Assembly: GCA_016699795.1 (NCBI GenBank)
Contig: CP065011.1
Coordinates: 883,449-947,448 of the forward strand
Source: Candidatus Moraniibacteriota bacterium
Lineage (GTDB): Bacteria; Patescibacteriota; Minisyncoccia; Moranbacterales; GCA-2747515
DNA length: 64,000 nucleotides
Direction of reading: 5' to 3'
In this document: one piece after another, positions 20,967-30,597 of the stretch
Position numbering within the stretch: the first letter of the stretch is position 1
Layout of the letters: every line of letters begins with the position of its first letter
Program-made: the position numbers and the translations under genes
Notes under the pieces: model-generated
The model's database searches: none
The model's input: only the letters and a program-made list of their open reading frames with translations
What the model was told of the DNA's origin: nothing

Positions 20967-21647
20967 ATGGAGCAAAAATATGAAATAGAGATAAAAACTT
21001 TATTAGGATCAAAAGAATCAGCGGATATTTTTTTGGAAAAATTGAAAGAAAAATTTTCAGAAATGAAAGAAATAGGAAAAAACAGTCAATTAAATCATTA
21101 CTTTTTTGGAGGAGATAAAGAAAAAATTATTCTAGAAATAGGATCAATTTTAGCATCTGGTGATAGTGATCGATTGAGATTTCTTTTGGAAAAAGCCTCA
21201 CAGATTTCCATACGGACTCGTAAGGCGGATGAAAAAGTTTTATTTGTACTCAAAGCCTCGATTGATGATACAACGAGTTCCAATGGAACAGCGCGGGCGG
21301 AACTAGAAGGGGAAGTTTCTCTGTCTCTTCATGAATTAGATCAAAAACTTTTGGAATGTGATTGTAAAGTTCAAGCAAAATGGTCTAGAGATCGTCGAGA
21401 ATATTCTCTTGGAGAAGGTACGATTGTTTGTATTGATCGAAATGCTGGCTATGGATATTTAGCTGAATTTGAGAGGATCATACAGAATCCAAATGATGCT
21501 GAAAAAACGAAAGAAGATTTGAGAAGGATTATGTCTGAAGTTGGAATTGAAGAGCTTCCTCAAGATCGTTTAGAGAGAATGTTTGCTTTTTATAATGAGC
21601 ATTGGGAAGAATATTATGGAACAGAAAAAACATTTACTCTAGAATAG
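20967..21647 (+). CDS. CYTH-domain (triphosphate tunnel metalloenzyme-like) protein
   Basis: 226 aa. N-terminal YEIEIK strand, an R.R/E.E charged pattern and C-terminal GYGYLAEFERI, resembling the CYTH EIExK...G.F.E.E signature. Confidence 0.45.
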   Translation: MEQKYEIEIKTLLGSKESADIFLEKLKEKFSEMKEIGKNSQLNHYFFGGDKEKIILEIGSILASGDSDRLRFLLEKASQISIRTRKADEKVLFVLKASIDDTTSSNGTARAELEGEVSLSLHELDQKLLECDCKVQAKWSRDRREYSLGEGTIVCIDRNAGYGYLAEFERIIQNPNDAEKTKEDLRRIMSEVGIEELPQDRLERMFAFYNEHWEEYYGTEKTFTLE

Positions 21648-21824
21648 TTTTTTAAGACAAATACATTTTTTTGATTGAGAATGTAAATGAATAATGCTTA
21701 AACAATAACTGAGTAAATATTCCTTTAATATTTTGAATGAAATTCTTTATATTTTTGCTAAAAAAGGAAATTTTGTGTAGTATTTTTTTGGAATTTATTT
21801 TTTTAATTATATTCTTTATAAAGT

Positions 21825-22400
21825 ATGTTTCTTTCTGACTGTGATATACAAAGAGGGGTTGAAGACGGCTCTATTGTAATTAAGGATTTTGAAAAAAAAC
21901 GTTTACAACCAGCGAGTTATGATGTTCTTTTGGGAAATGTTTTTCTTATAACCAGTTCTCATGAAACGAAAGCAATAGATCCCGTTCGTGGTATTTTTCC
22001 TAAAAATTCTGAGATTCAAATACCTGATGGAGAGGAATTTATTCTTCATCCTAGAACGACGGTATTGGGTACTCTTAAAGATTATGTAGGTTCTCGTGAA
22101 TATCTTATTCAGATATCAGGAAAAAGTTCTTTAGCGAGGATTGGTTTGGTTGTTCATAATACTGCTGGAATTATTAATCCTGGTCATTTTCTCCATATAA
22201 CATTAGAGCTTGCAAACTTTAATATCGCACCTATCATTCTTCGTCCGGGTATGGCAATTGCTCAATTAACTTTTAGCATGCTCTCAACGCCTGTTTCAAA
22301 AGATTATTCTCAAACAGGACGATTTAATGGTAATAATTGGAAAAAGAATTTTATCAGCTCTACAGAAAGTTCAAAAAAGAATTCAAAAAAGAAAGTGTAA
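21825..22400 (+). CDS. dcd: dCTP deaminase
   Basis: 191 aa. dUTPase-like fold with GLVVHNTAGIINPGH and SYDVLLGN motifs. Confidence 0.7.
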   Translation: MFLSDCDIQRGVEDGSIVIKDFEKKRLQPASYDVLLGNVFLITSSHETKAIDPVRGIFPKNSEIQIPDGEEFILHPRTTVLGTLKDYVGSREYLIQISGKSSLARIGLVVHNTAGIINPGHFLHITLELANFNIAPIILRPGMAIAQLTFSMLSTPVSKDYSQTGRFNGNNWKKNFISSTESSKKNSKKKV

Positions 22401-22447
22401 TGTTTTTAGAATAGTAAGACGTTTTTATTTTATATATTTTTGTTTTT

Positions 22448-22855
22448 ATGGAATTAAAGAAATATCAACATAAAGATTATACTATTTCTTGGAATCCTGA
22501 GGAGAAGATAATTTATGTTAAATTCTTAGAAACTTTTTCAAAAGAAAGTGCTAAAGATTTTAAGCGCGATGCTTTGGAATTAGGAATGACTGTGAAAGGA
22601 ATGGAGAAGACGGTCAAAGTTCTTCATGATCTTCGAGAAGTGTCTGACGATTATGACCATCTCGATGTTTCTGGTGAAATGCTTCTTGTGGATGCTATGG
22701 AATATGTAGATAAGATAGCGTCATTTGGACTTGGGAGAGCTATTCGAAAGTCTTCATTGGGCGTCTTTGATACGGTTCACTTCTTGACACAAGGCAAAGA
22801 AATGCGTTTTTATGAAGATGAGAATTCAGCTAAATCGTGGCTCATGAAACAATAA
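22448..22855 (+). CDS. hypothetical protein
   Basis: 135-aa ORF between dcd and thyA. No recognised motif. Confidence 0.4.
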   Translation: MELKKYQHKDYTISWNPEEKIIYVKFLETFSKESAKDFKRDALELGMTVKGMEKTVKVLHDLREVSDDYDHLDVSGEMLLVDAMEYVDKIASFGLGRAIRKSSLGVFDTVHFLTQGKEMRFYEDENSAKSWLMKQ

Positions 22856-22859
22856 AGAT

Positions 22860-23858
22860 ATGCAAGAGAAAAATAAAAAACACGAAGAATATCAGTATCT
22901 TGATTTAATGGAAGACATTTTAGAAAATGGTGTTAAGCAGGTGGATAAGGGTACTGGCGCTGTAACGCATAGTGTTTTTGGAAGACAAATTCGCTTTGAT
23001 CTTTCTCAAGGATTCCCTCTTCTTACAACAAAAGAGGTTTTCTGGAAAGGTGTACTCTTTGAGCTCCATTGGTTTCTTTCGGGACAATCGAATATTCGTT
23101 ATCTTGTAGAGAATAATGTGGGAATTTGGAATGATTATCCATACAAAATATATCTGGAGAAACAATCAAAGAGAAAGAATCTTTTGAAACTTACTAAAAA
23201 GGCATTTATAGAAAAAATAAAAACTGATAAACGATTTGCGGATACATATGGAGAGCTCCCAAAAATCTACGGAGAATTATGGAGGCGATGGCCAGCAAAA
23301 AATGGGCGAACGGTAGACCAAGTTCGTTGGATTGTGGAAGAGATGAAAAAGGATCCTGATTGTCATAATACTTTGGTAAATTCTTGGAATCCAGAATATC
23401 TTTATGATATGGCAATGCCAAAGGAGGCTTGTCGCTTTCCAATTTGCCATAATATGTTTCAGGTAAATGTTAAGAATAAAAAACTTTCTCTTCAGCTCTA
23501 CCAAAGAAGTGCCGATATATTTTTAGGTGTTCCTTTTAATATAGCGAGCTATGCACTTTTGGCTCATATTTTAGCAAAAGTTACTGGTAATGAAGTTGGA
23601 GAATTTATTCATACTTTTGGAGATGTTCATATATACGCTAACCATATGGATCAGGTAAAAGAACAATTGAAGCGAAAGCCTTTCCCTTTCCCAAAAATTT
23701 CTCTAGATGATGTTGTACGAGATATTGATGACTTTCTTCCTCAATATGCTCATCTTGAAGGGTACATTGCTCACAAGGCAATTCGTGCCGAACTTTCTCC
23801 AGCAGGAGGCGTTTCTACGAAAGACTTCAAAAAAAATTGGAAAAAATATACAAAATAA
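22860..23858 (+). CDS. thyA: thymidylate synthase (long form)
   Basis: 332 aa. Catalytic-Cys block (CRFPICHNMFQ), plus LYQRSADIFLGVPFNIASYALL and HTFGDVHIY. Contains the ~50-aa insertion seen in L. casei/B. subtilis-type ThyA. Confidence 0.9.
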   Translation: MQEKNKKHEEYQYLDLMEDILENGVKQVDKGTGAVTHSVFGRQIRFDLSQGFPLLTTKEVFWKGVLFELHWFLSGQSNIRYLVENNVGIWNDYPYKIYLEKQSKRKNLLKLTKKAFIEKIKTDKRFADTYGELPKIYGELWRRWPAKNGRTVDQVRWIVEEMKKDPDCHNTLVNSWNPEYLYDMAMPKEACRFPICHNMFQVNVKNKKLSLQLYQRSADIFLGVPFNIASYALLAHILAKVTGNEVGEFIHTFGDVHIYANHMDQVKEQLKRKPFPFPKISLDDVVRDIDDFLPQYAHLEGYIAHKAIRAELSPAGGVSTKDFKKNWKKYTK

Positions 23859-23910
23859 TCTTTCGTGACATTGCTACATTTTTTGCTTTACGAAGTAGTA
23901 TTTTTAAAAA

Positions 23911-23935
23911 AAGACACTCAAAATTTGAGTGTCTT
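23911..23935 (-). terminator. perfect 12-bp inverted repeat terminator (for the minus-strand gene 23981-24517; possibly bidirectional)
   Basis: 'aagacactcaaa a tttgagtgtctt'. Plus-strand A-run 23904-23910 corresponds to a T-run on the minus strand. Confidence 0.55.
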
Positions 23936-23980
23936 AAAGAGAGATTTGGATAGAACTTTAGACTTTCTTCTATCGCATTA

Positions 23981-24517
23981 TTATTTGGGGGGAATTATTT
24001 GGTTGAGGACCGCTATAATAGGTCGCGCATTTTCTCTCACAAACCTCGAGATTTCTCTTGAGGCTGATTGAGAAATATCTTTCCCGAATGCATTTGATTG
24101 TTCGTATTCATTACGTTTTTCTTTCCAGAAACGAAGAGTTTGAATCCCCATTCCAGAATTACCTTTTATAAAGATAGTTTCGGGAGTGGGAATTTTTTCT
24201 AATTCTATACCTTTTGGTTGGAATACGTTTTTATTTTGCTCTACGTCGATGAGGAAGCCTTGGAGAACTTTTAAGTTTTTTATGGTTTGATGGAACTGCC
24301 CATAATTAACTTCTTCGAGTTCGAGAATGAGGTTTTTAATTTTTCTATCTTGCCAAAAATGTAAGGCAGTGAAGAAAAGAAGAATCCCATCAAAAGGATT
24401 CATTCGTAAGACTTGAGAAAGATCCTCTTGGAGTTTTCGAAGCCTTCCTTTTTCGGAAACACATTTTTTGAGAGGTTTTTTATAAAGGGAGCGCATCCAT
24501 TTTTTGCAAGTACTCAT
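23981..24517 (-). CDS. hypothetical protein
   Basis: 178-aa ORF convergent with thyA. Basic N-terminus. No recognisable family. Confidence 0.45.
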   Translation of the reverse strand: MSTCKKWMRSLYKKPLKKCVSEKGRLRKLQEDLSQVLRMNPFDGILLFFTALHFWQDRKIKNLILELEEVNYGQFHQTIKNLKVLQGFLIDVEQNKNVFQPKGIELEKIPTPETIFIKGNSGMGIQTLRFWKEKRNEYEQSNAFGKDISQSASREISRFVRENARPIIAVLNQIIPPK

Positions 24518-24793
24518 TTTTTTTACCTATGTGCTTTGCTTTGGAGATATAAGAAATTATTTTTATAATTTCTTATGAACTTTGAACGTGAAAAAAAAGA
24601 ACTTCGCTAAGAAGAATTCTTTTGGTAAAGAAATCCTTTCTTAACGTTTCAACTTATAACATAAAGATAATTATTTGTGAAGCTTTTTTGTAAAAATATG
24701 TCAGGAGTAGGGTGTGTTTAGAATAATGAGATATTGACAATAGTATAAAATAATGGTAATTTTTGAACGTCTTATTGGATAGTCCATAAGATA

Positions 24794-25342
24794 GTGAGAA
24801 AGGACAGAAAAATGAAAAAAATAGTAGCAGAATGTGCAGAAATTCCAGATGAATACTTTCATGAAAAAGGTGACTCTGGAAAATGTCACTCCATTCCAAA
24901 CGATGGATTTGGATTGGAAGAAGAGAATTTCTTTTTTAATGAAAATAAAAAAAAAGCCTTCCCGATTATGGATCCTTGGATGTTCCTTCCTCAAGAAGAA
25001 AAAGAAAATGAGGAACAAAAGAAATATCCGAGAAAAATGATTCTGGGAATTGTGGGTATCATTCTTTTTTGTGTGGGCATTCTACTTTTTTCAAGAGTGC
25101 TCGGTGTTGATGGAGTAGATATTCCTGACACACTAACACAAGAAGAGCGGGAGCTGGTACAACCAATAATGGAGGAAGAAGATTATCTCGAAGATCCAAA
25201 TCTTCCTTTACCAGAACCCTGTGTCTATGGAGATTGGGAAAATAAATTGATGTGCCCATCTCCAGAGAGGAATCAATTCCTCGAAGAATTTGAGGAAAAA
25301 TCATACAAGATTCCCTCCCGTCCGGTTATTCGGAGGGTGTAA
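24794..25342 (+). CDS. hypothetical single-pass membrane protein
   Basis: 182 aa with a central TM helix (ILGIVGIILFCVGILLF) and acidic flanks. Confidence 0.4.
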   Translation: MRKDRKMKKIVAECAEIPDEYFHEKGDSGKCHSIPNDGFGLEEENFFFNENKKKAFPIMDPWMFLPQEEKENEEQKKYPRKMILGIVGIILFCVGILLFSRVLGVDGVDIPDTLTQEERELVQPIMEEEDYLEDPNLPLPEPCVYGDWENKLMCPSPERNQFLEEFEEKSYKIPSRPVIRRV

Positions 25343-25511
25343 AACAATTTTTTTGTATAGAAATATGACTTATATAAGGCTTTTTCTGTACGAATTTTCA
25401 TAGAAAGCACTTTTGTTGTTATTACACATAAGTGCTTTTTTCTTTTCGTATTACCTTATTGAAGATATAATACATAAAGAAGAAATTAAACAATTACTAT
25501 TTCAATAAAAA

Positions 25512-26255
25512 TTGACACATATGGCAAAATCAAAACTTGTTTTTTTGGATACGGAAACAACGGGACTAGGATTGAATGATAGACTTTTTCAAGTAGCTTA
25601 TAAATATAATGGTGAAGTATTCAATTCATTTTTTAAACCACCAGTTCCTATCTCGATAGATTCTATGGTGATATCACATATTACAAATGAAATGGTTGAA
25701 AAAGAAAAAACTTTTTTGGATTCAGAAATGAAAACATCAATACAAACACTTCTTGAAGAAAATATTTTAGTTGCTCATAATGCTTCATTTGATATAAAGA
25801 TGCTTGAAAAAGAGGGTATAAAAATAAATCAATATATAGATACGTATAAAGTTTCTTACTATTTGGATTTTCAAGGGGAAATTCCGAAGCATAGCCTTCA
25901 ATATTTGCGATATTATCATAACTTGAATATTTTCGATGTTATCGCACACGATGCTTTGGGGGATGTTATGGTTTTAGAAAAACTTTTTGATTTTTATTAT
26001 TCTTCTTTACTCAGAGAGAAAAAAGAGGAATCTCTCGTTTTTAAAGAAATGATGGATATTTCTTCTCGAGCTCTTCTTATGAAAAAATTTACATTTGGTA
26101 AATATAATGGAAGAGAGGTATCTGAGATTGCCAAAGAAGATCGTAATTATTTACGTTGGCTTTTAAATGCAAAAATAATGCAGAGAGAAAATGATGAAGA
26201 AGATGATGAGAATTGGATTTATACATTGGATTATTATACACAAGAAGAAAAATAA
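25512..26255 (+). CDS. DEDD-family 3'-5' exonuclease (DnaQ/ExoX-like) with C-terminal DUF3820-like domain
   Basis: Exo I VFLDTETTGL, Exo II LVAHNASFDIKML and Exo III HDALGDVMV. C-terminal FTFGKYNGREVSEIAKEDRNYLRWLL resembles the DUF3820 motif. Confidence 0.65.
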   Translation: MTHMAKSKLVFLDTETTGLGLNDRLFQVAYKYNGEVFNSFFKPPVPISIDSMVISHITNEMVEKEKTFLDSEMKTSIQTLLEENILVAHNASFDIKMLEKEGIKINQYIDTYKVSYYLDFQGEIPKHSLQYLRYYHNLNIFDVIAHDALGDVMVLEKLFDFYYSSLLREKKEESLVFKEMMDISSRALLMKKFTFGKYNGREVSEIAKEDRNYLRWLLNAKIMQRENDEEDDENWIYTLDYYTQEEK

Positions 26256-26516
26256 TTTTTAAGAAAGTTGAGTAATAACTTCTTTAAAATATATTTTTTA
26301 ACCCATTACATGAGTAGAGAAATTTCTCGTTTGACATTCTCTATAAAGAGAGTATATTTTCTCGACTATACGACAAGGGTCTTATAGTGAGTTCTTCTCG
26401 AAAATGTTTACATTATTGTATTTTTTGAAACTTTTCTAAGCTCTGTATAGAGGCTTAAAAAGAATGAAAATTATATAATAATTTTTTCTTAACCAACTTT
26501 ACAAGGTGAGGGGAGG

Positions 26517-26792
26517 TTGAAAATGAAAAATGAACATAGTCTTGTTGTTGCAGAAATGATTAGGGGATGGGTTGTGTATGAGGGAGAATATTACAGATTT
26601 ATTCCCAATGCATTCGCCTCAAACGTGAAATTTTGTCTTTTGGGAAATGATATTCCCGAGGAGGCTCATCTTTGTTGGTATGAAGCTGAAAAGCTAAAAT
26701 ATATCCACGAAGAATGGCTTCAGACATGCGGTTATTTTTCTTATCGAAAGAAAGATCATAAAACGATTCACTGCAGGACATGCTGTCAATAA
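26517..26792 (+). CDS. hypothetical Cys-containing small protein
   Basis: 91-aa ORF ending in HCRTCCQ. Confidence 0.3.
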   Translation: MKMKNEHSLVVAEMIRGWVVYEGEYYRFIPNAFASNVKFCLLGNDIPEEAHLCWYEAEKLKYIHEEWLQTCGYFSYRKKDHKTIHCRTCCQ

Positions 26793-27003
26793 TACAATAC
26801 ATAAGAATTTAGTATTGAAGAATACTTTTTTCTTAAAAAGATGCGTTTTAGGCACTTAGTTATTTGAAAAAATAATTCAAGTGCCTTTTTGATTATTGAC
26901 AAGAAAAAAAGTATGAAGTAGATTTTTTTCGTTATGTGAATATGCATAATAAACAGTAAAAAGTTTTTTCTCAGGTAAGCTTTTTAGGCTATAAGAGGTT
27001 CAA

Positions 27004-27465
27004 ATGAAAGCACTATTGGGTAAAAATAATGGTGTTCAGACTCATGTTATTTTCCATTTGGGGATTGATGTTGAAAGAGAAACTATGGAATTGGAAGATC
27101 TTCTCAATCAAATTTCACAGAAAGAAAGAGAAATATCTCCTCAATGCAATGTTTTGGCTCATGCTGCACATCTCGCTGTTTCAGGTTCTTTTATACAGGT
27201 TGAATCCAACTATGCATGGAAAAAACATACTTTTCACTATAAGTATATTTGGATCATTTCTATTTTTTGGCGGGGATGTAGGGTGGGTAACTGGGTAATT
27301 GATCATCACCCTCATTTCAGAAAAATAGAAATGCGAGAAATGGCCATGGAAGTCCGTAGACTGCTTTTCTGTTGGAAGATGGAATGGATTCCAAATAATC
27401 ACCTCAATGGAATTGAGCATGACAATCTCTTTATCTTGGAGGGAGAAAGTAATCTTTCTTCTTGA
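27004..27465 (+). CDS. hypothetical protein
   Basis: 153-aa ORF, His/Trp-rich. No motif recognised. Confidence 0.35.
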   Translation: MKALLGKNNGVQTHVIFHLGIDVERETMELEDLLNQISQKEREISPQCNVLAHAAHLAVSGSFIQVESNYAWKKHTFHYKYIWIISIFWRGCRVGNWVIDHHPHFRKIEMREMAMEVRRLLFCWKMEWIPNNHLNGIEHDNLFILEGESNLSS

Positions 27466-27492
27466 GAGTGAGGATTGTTGAGAGTTACAGTG

Positions 27493-27536
27493 CACCCGTT
27501 GATTATATATAATATAATCCGGGTGTTTTTCTTTTT
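27493..27536 (+). terminator. rho-independent terminator
   Basis: 'cacccg ttgattatatataatataat ccgggtg' followed by 'tttttcttttt'. Confidence 0.5.
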
Positions 27537-27763
27537 AAAAACTCTTAGAATATCTATTATTTTTTTGAAAATGAAAAAACCCTCAATGCGAGATTGTATT
27601 TGGCTCCCGAAGAAAATATATCGGAAAAATATTTTTTCCCTGTAAATCCAGGTGGGTGCCATTTTTTTCAACAATCTTTTCTGAAGGTTTCTTCTTCTCA
27701 AGTCTAACACAATGTGATACTGTTTGTATAGGTTTAAATTAAAAAGATAATATACAAGGTTTT

Positions 27764-28201
27764 ATGTTTCTTCCCATTCTCACTTCTCTTATTTTCGGTG
27801 CACTTTTGGGCTTGGAAAGAGCTATAGCTGATAAAGGTGCAGGGATGCGAACGTATTCTTTGGTAAGCATGGGCTCTGCTTTATTTATTCTTATTTCAGA
27901 AGAAGTGATTGAAAAATATACGTTATCAGGAAATGTTGATTTTGATCCTTTGCGTATGGGAGCCGCAATCGTAACAGGAATTGGTTTTGTTGGTGCAGGA
28001 CTCTTTATTTTTCGTGAAAACAAAGTTCGCAATATTACTACGGCTGCAGGATTATGGGTGAGTTCGGGAATAGGAATCGCTTGTGGTTATGGAATGTATG
28101 AGCTCGCCGCTCTGGTAACGGGATGTACTTTGTTTGTTTTTACCATACTTTGGTTTTTGGAAAAAAAAATTACAAAAGTATCAGACCGAATACTACATTA
28201 A
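27764..28201 (+). CDS. MgtC/SapB-family membrane protein
   Basis: 145 aa. The LLGLERAIADKGAGMRTYSLVSMGSALF block is typical of the MgtC N-terminal domain. Confidence 0.7.
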   Translation: MFLPILTSLIFGALLGLERAIADKGAGMRTYSLVSMGSALFILISEEVIEKYTLSGNVDFDPLRMGAAIVTGIGFVGAGLFIFRENKVRNITTAAGLWVSSGIGIACGYGMYELAALVTGCTLFVFTILWFLEKKITKVSDRILH

Positions 28202-28210
28202 TTTTGAATT

Positions 28211-28834
28211 ATGAAACTATTTCATCTTGATCAGTCTGCGGTGGCTGAAGAAGTTTCTCATGGGGAAATTGCCATCATTCCTTGTGATACGATATATGGA
28301 ATAGTGACTTCAGTATTTTTTCCTCATAGCGTAGAACGATTGTACAAAATTCGTTCACGAGATTTTCAAAAACCTTGCATTGTTCTTTTGGCTGAAAGAG
28401 GAGATATAAAAGAATTTATTTCCGAAGAAACAGAAAGGGTATATGCAGAATTATTTTCAATGATTTGGCCTGGTCCTGTAAGTATAATTGTCCCTGTTGT
28501 GGAAAAAAAGTGGAACCACCTACATAGAGGAAAGGAAACATTAGCATTTCGTGTTCCTGATGATGAAAATTTGAGAAATTTTTTGAAACGATCTGGGCCA
28601 GTAATTGCTCCAAGTGCAAATAAAGAAGGAGAAAATACCGCAAGAACGATTCAAGAGGCTTTTGTTACTTTTGGAGAAAATGTTCCTTTCTATGTGGATG
28701 GGGGCTTACTTTCAGGAAAGTCGTCCACATTGATTTCTCTTTCATCTGAAGGTATACTAGTTTTACGTGAAGGTGTGCTTGCAGTTGAAGATATTCGTCG
28801 TATAACAAAAAATATTTTCCCTGTATCCTTATAA
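28211..28834 (+). CDS. tsaC: L-threonylcarbamoyladenylate synthase (YrdC/Sua5 family)
   Basis: 207 aa. The IAIIPCDTIYGIV and APSANKEGE motifs match the YrdC fold. Confidence 0.7.
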   Translation: MKLFHLDQSAVAEEVSHGEIAIIPCDTIYGIVTSVFFPHSVERLYKIRSRDFQKPCIVLLAERGDIKEFISEETERVYAELFSMIWPGPVSIIVPVVEKKWNHLHRGKETLAFRVPDDENLRNFLKRSGPVIAPSANKEGENTARTIQEAFVTFGENVPFYVDGGLLSGKSSTLISLSSEGILVLREGVLAVEDIRRITKNIFPVSL

Positions 28835-28863
28835 AATAGAAGATAATTAAAAAATATACAGGT

Positions 28864-29829
28864 ATGATAACATCCGAAATATTTTCTCTTGCTGTAGAGC
28901 TGGGTATTCATAATGATTTTCGTTCAAAGAAAACTATTAAAGAAAGACTTTCTCGACTTAAAAAAGAATACGAAGCATTATCTGAAAAAGACCGGAGATT
29001 TTTTGATAAAGATTCTTTAGAGAATCCATATACAGATTCGGGAATTCATTATATGAGGGAGAAGAAAAGGAAAGTGTCACGAGTTCTTGCAGGTATTGAT
29101 ATTGATGGAGCTGAAATTATTTTGGCAGATATTCTTTCAAAAAATACTCCTGAAAATCCAATAGATTTGATCATTTCACATCATCCGATCGGAAGAGCTC
29201 TTGCTGGTTTGGATAGCGTTATGGATTTGCAGGTGAATATCTTCGAACAATATGGTATCCCTGTTAATATTGCAGAAGGACTTATGCATAAACGCATTAG
29301 TGAAGTGAGTCGAGGAATTCATCCCATCAATCACTTTCAAACTATTGATATGGCACGTTTGCTTCAGAAAGATCTTATTAATGTACACACACCTTCCGAT
29401 AATATGGTAGCGACTTTTCTTAAAAATTTTATCGAGAAAAGAAATCCAAGATATGTAGGGGATATAGTAGACGCCTTTATGGATATTCCAGAATATCAAG
29501 AAGCAAGGAAACAGGGCGTTGCCCCTAAAATATTTGCGGGAAGGAAGGAAAATCGCGTGGGAAAGATTGCTATAACGGAAATTACAGGAGGAACCGAAGG
29601 AAGTCCAGAAATGTATCGTCACATAGCAAATGCGGGGATTGGTACGATTATTGCGATGCATCAAAGTGAAAGACATAGAAAAGAAGCTGAAAAATCACAT
29701 ATAAATGTTATTGTTGCTGGACATATGTCCTCAGACTCTATTGGAATGAATTTATTTTTGGATGAGCTGGAAAGACGGGGGATAGAAATTGTTCCTTGTT
29801 CAGGTCTTATTCGTTATTCTCGAAAATAA
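28864..29829 (+). CDS. Nif3-like dinuclear metal-centre protein (putative)
   Basis: 321 aa. An IDLIISHHPI motif and a C-terminal His/Asp-rich metal-site region (AGHMSSDS). The match is moderate. Confidence 0.45.
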   Translation: MITSEIFSLAVELGIHNDFRSKKTIKERLSRLKKEYEALSEKDRRFFDKDSLENPYTDSGIHYMREKKRKVSRVLAGIDIDGAEIILADILSKNTPENPIDLIISHHPIGRALAGLDSVMDLQVNIFEQYGIPVNIAEGLMHKRISEVSRGIHPINHFQTIDMARLLQKDLINVHTPSDNMVATFLKNFIEKRNPRYVGDIVDAFMDIPEYQEARKQGVAPKIFAGRKENRVGKIAITEITGGTEGSPEMYRHIANAGIGTIIAMHQSERHRKEAEKSHINVIVAGHMSSDSIGMNLFLDELERRGIEIVPCSGLIRYSRK

Positions 29830-29835
29830 AAAAAT

Positions 29836-30561
29836 ATGGGGGTATATTTTGACAAACTTTTAAAAACCAATTCTCCTTCACCTAATAGTCAATCGCAAGA
29901 TCCGGGTGCAAAAGCTCGATTAAATCGGATTATAAATGAGATGGAAAGGGGTCTTCGCTTCATTGAAACATTTGATGAATCAAGAGTGGTTACTTTTTAT
30001 GGATCTGCTCGAGCAACTTCTCATGATTCTTGGTATCATCAGGCGTATAGTTTATCAAAGAAACTTGCTTTTGATGATAATCCAATCGCTGTCTGTACAG
30101 GTGGTGGTCCTGGAATAATGGAGGCTGGAAATAAAGGTGCATTTGATGCTGGAGGATATTCCATAGGCTTAGGCATAGAACTTCCAAATCTTTCGGAAGA
30201 TCCTAATCAATATACAACACATCGAATGAACTTTTATTATTTTTTTGCAAGAAAAATGGTTCTTGTTCATATTGCACAAGCTCACATTTTCTTTCCTGGA
30301 GGAGTGGGAACTATGGATGAATTTTTTGAATTAGTGACGCTTATTGCTACAAAAAAAATCACGAATCATCCCATAATAGTTTTGGTCGGAGTAGATTTTT
30401 GGAAAGGTCTTTTGGACTGGATGAAACAAGTTGTTTATGCGAAATATCATGCTGTTTCGGAAGATTTATTTGACAAATTTTACATTACGGACAATATGGA
30501 GGAAGCATACAAACTTCTCGATACTATCCCATCCCGAATAGAAATAGCTGATGATGTATAA
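29836..30561 (+). CDS. LOG-family Rossmann-fold protein (TIGR00730-type)
   Basis: CTGGGPGIMEAGNKGA and FPGGVGTMDEFFE motifs match the LOG-family GGGxGxM / PGGxGTxxE signatures. Confidence 0.7.
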   Translation: MGVYFDKLLKTNSPSPNSQSQDPGAKARLNRIINEMERGLRFIETFDESRVVTFYGSARATSHDSWYHQAYSLSKKLAFDDNPIAVCTGGGPGIMEAGNKGAFDAGGYSIGLGIELPNLSEDPNQYTTHRMNFYYFFARKMVLVHIAQAHIFFPGGVGTMDEFFELVTLIATKKITNHPIIVLVGVDFWKGLLDWMKQVVYAKYHAVSEDLFDKFYITDNMEEAYKLLDTIPSRIEIADDV

Positions 30562-30597
30562 AAAGGATAAGAATGAAAAATAAATAATAAGAAATTT

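Noticed and set aside
27540-27763. Possible Mg2+ riboswitch (M-box) leader upstream of mgtC
   Set aside because: The region is AT-rich, with none of the conserved M-box helices or sequence blocks that I can recognise. Only an upstream terminator hairpin is evident.
29176-29676. Antisense ORFs overlapping confident genes: 29176-29676, 44441-44851, 44950-45474, 46139-46633, 51522-52016 and many 60-110-aa ORFs
   Set aside because: Each is fully embedded on the opposite strand of a gene with strong family motifs (nif3-like, ybeY/dgkA, ftsA, ftsZ, rplU) and shows low-complexity, AT-codon-driven sequence. They are treated as noise.
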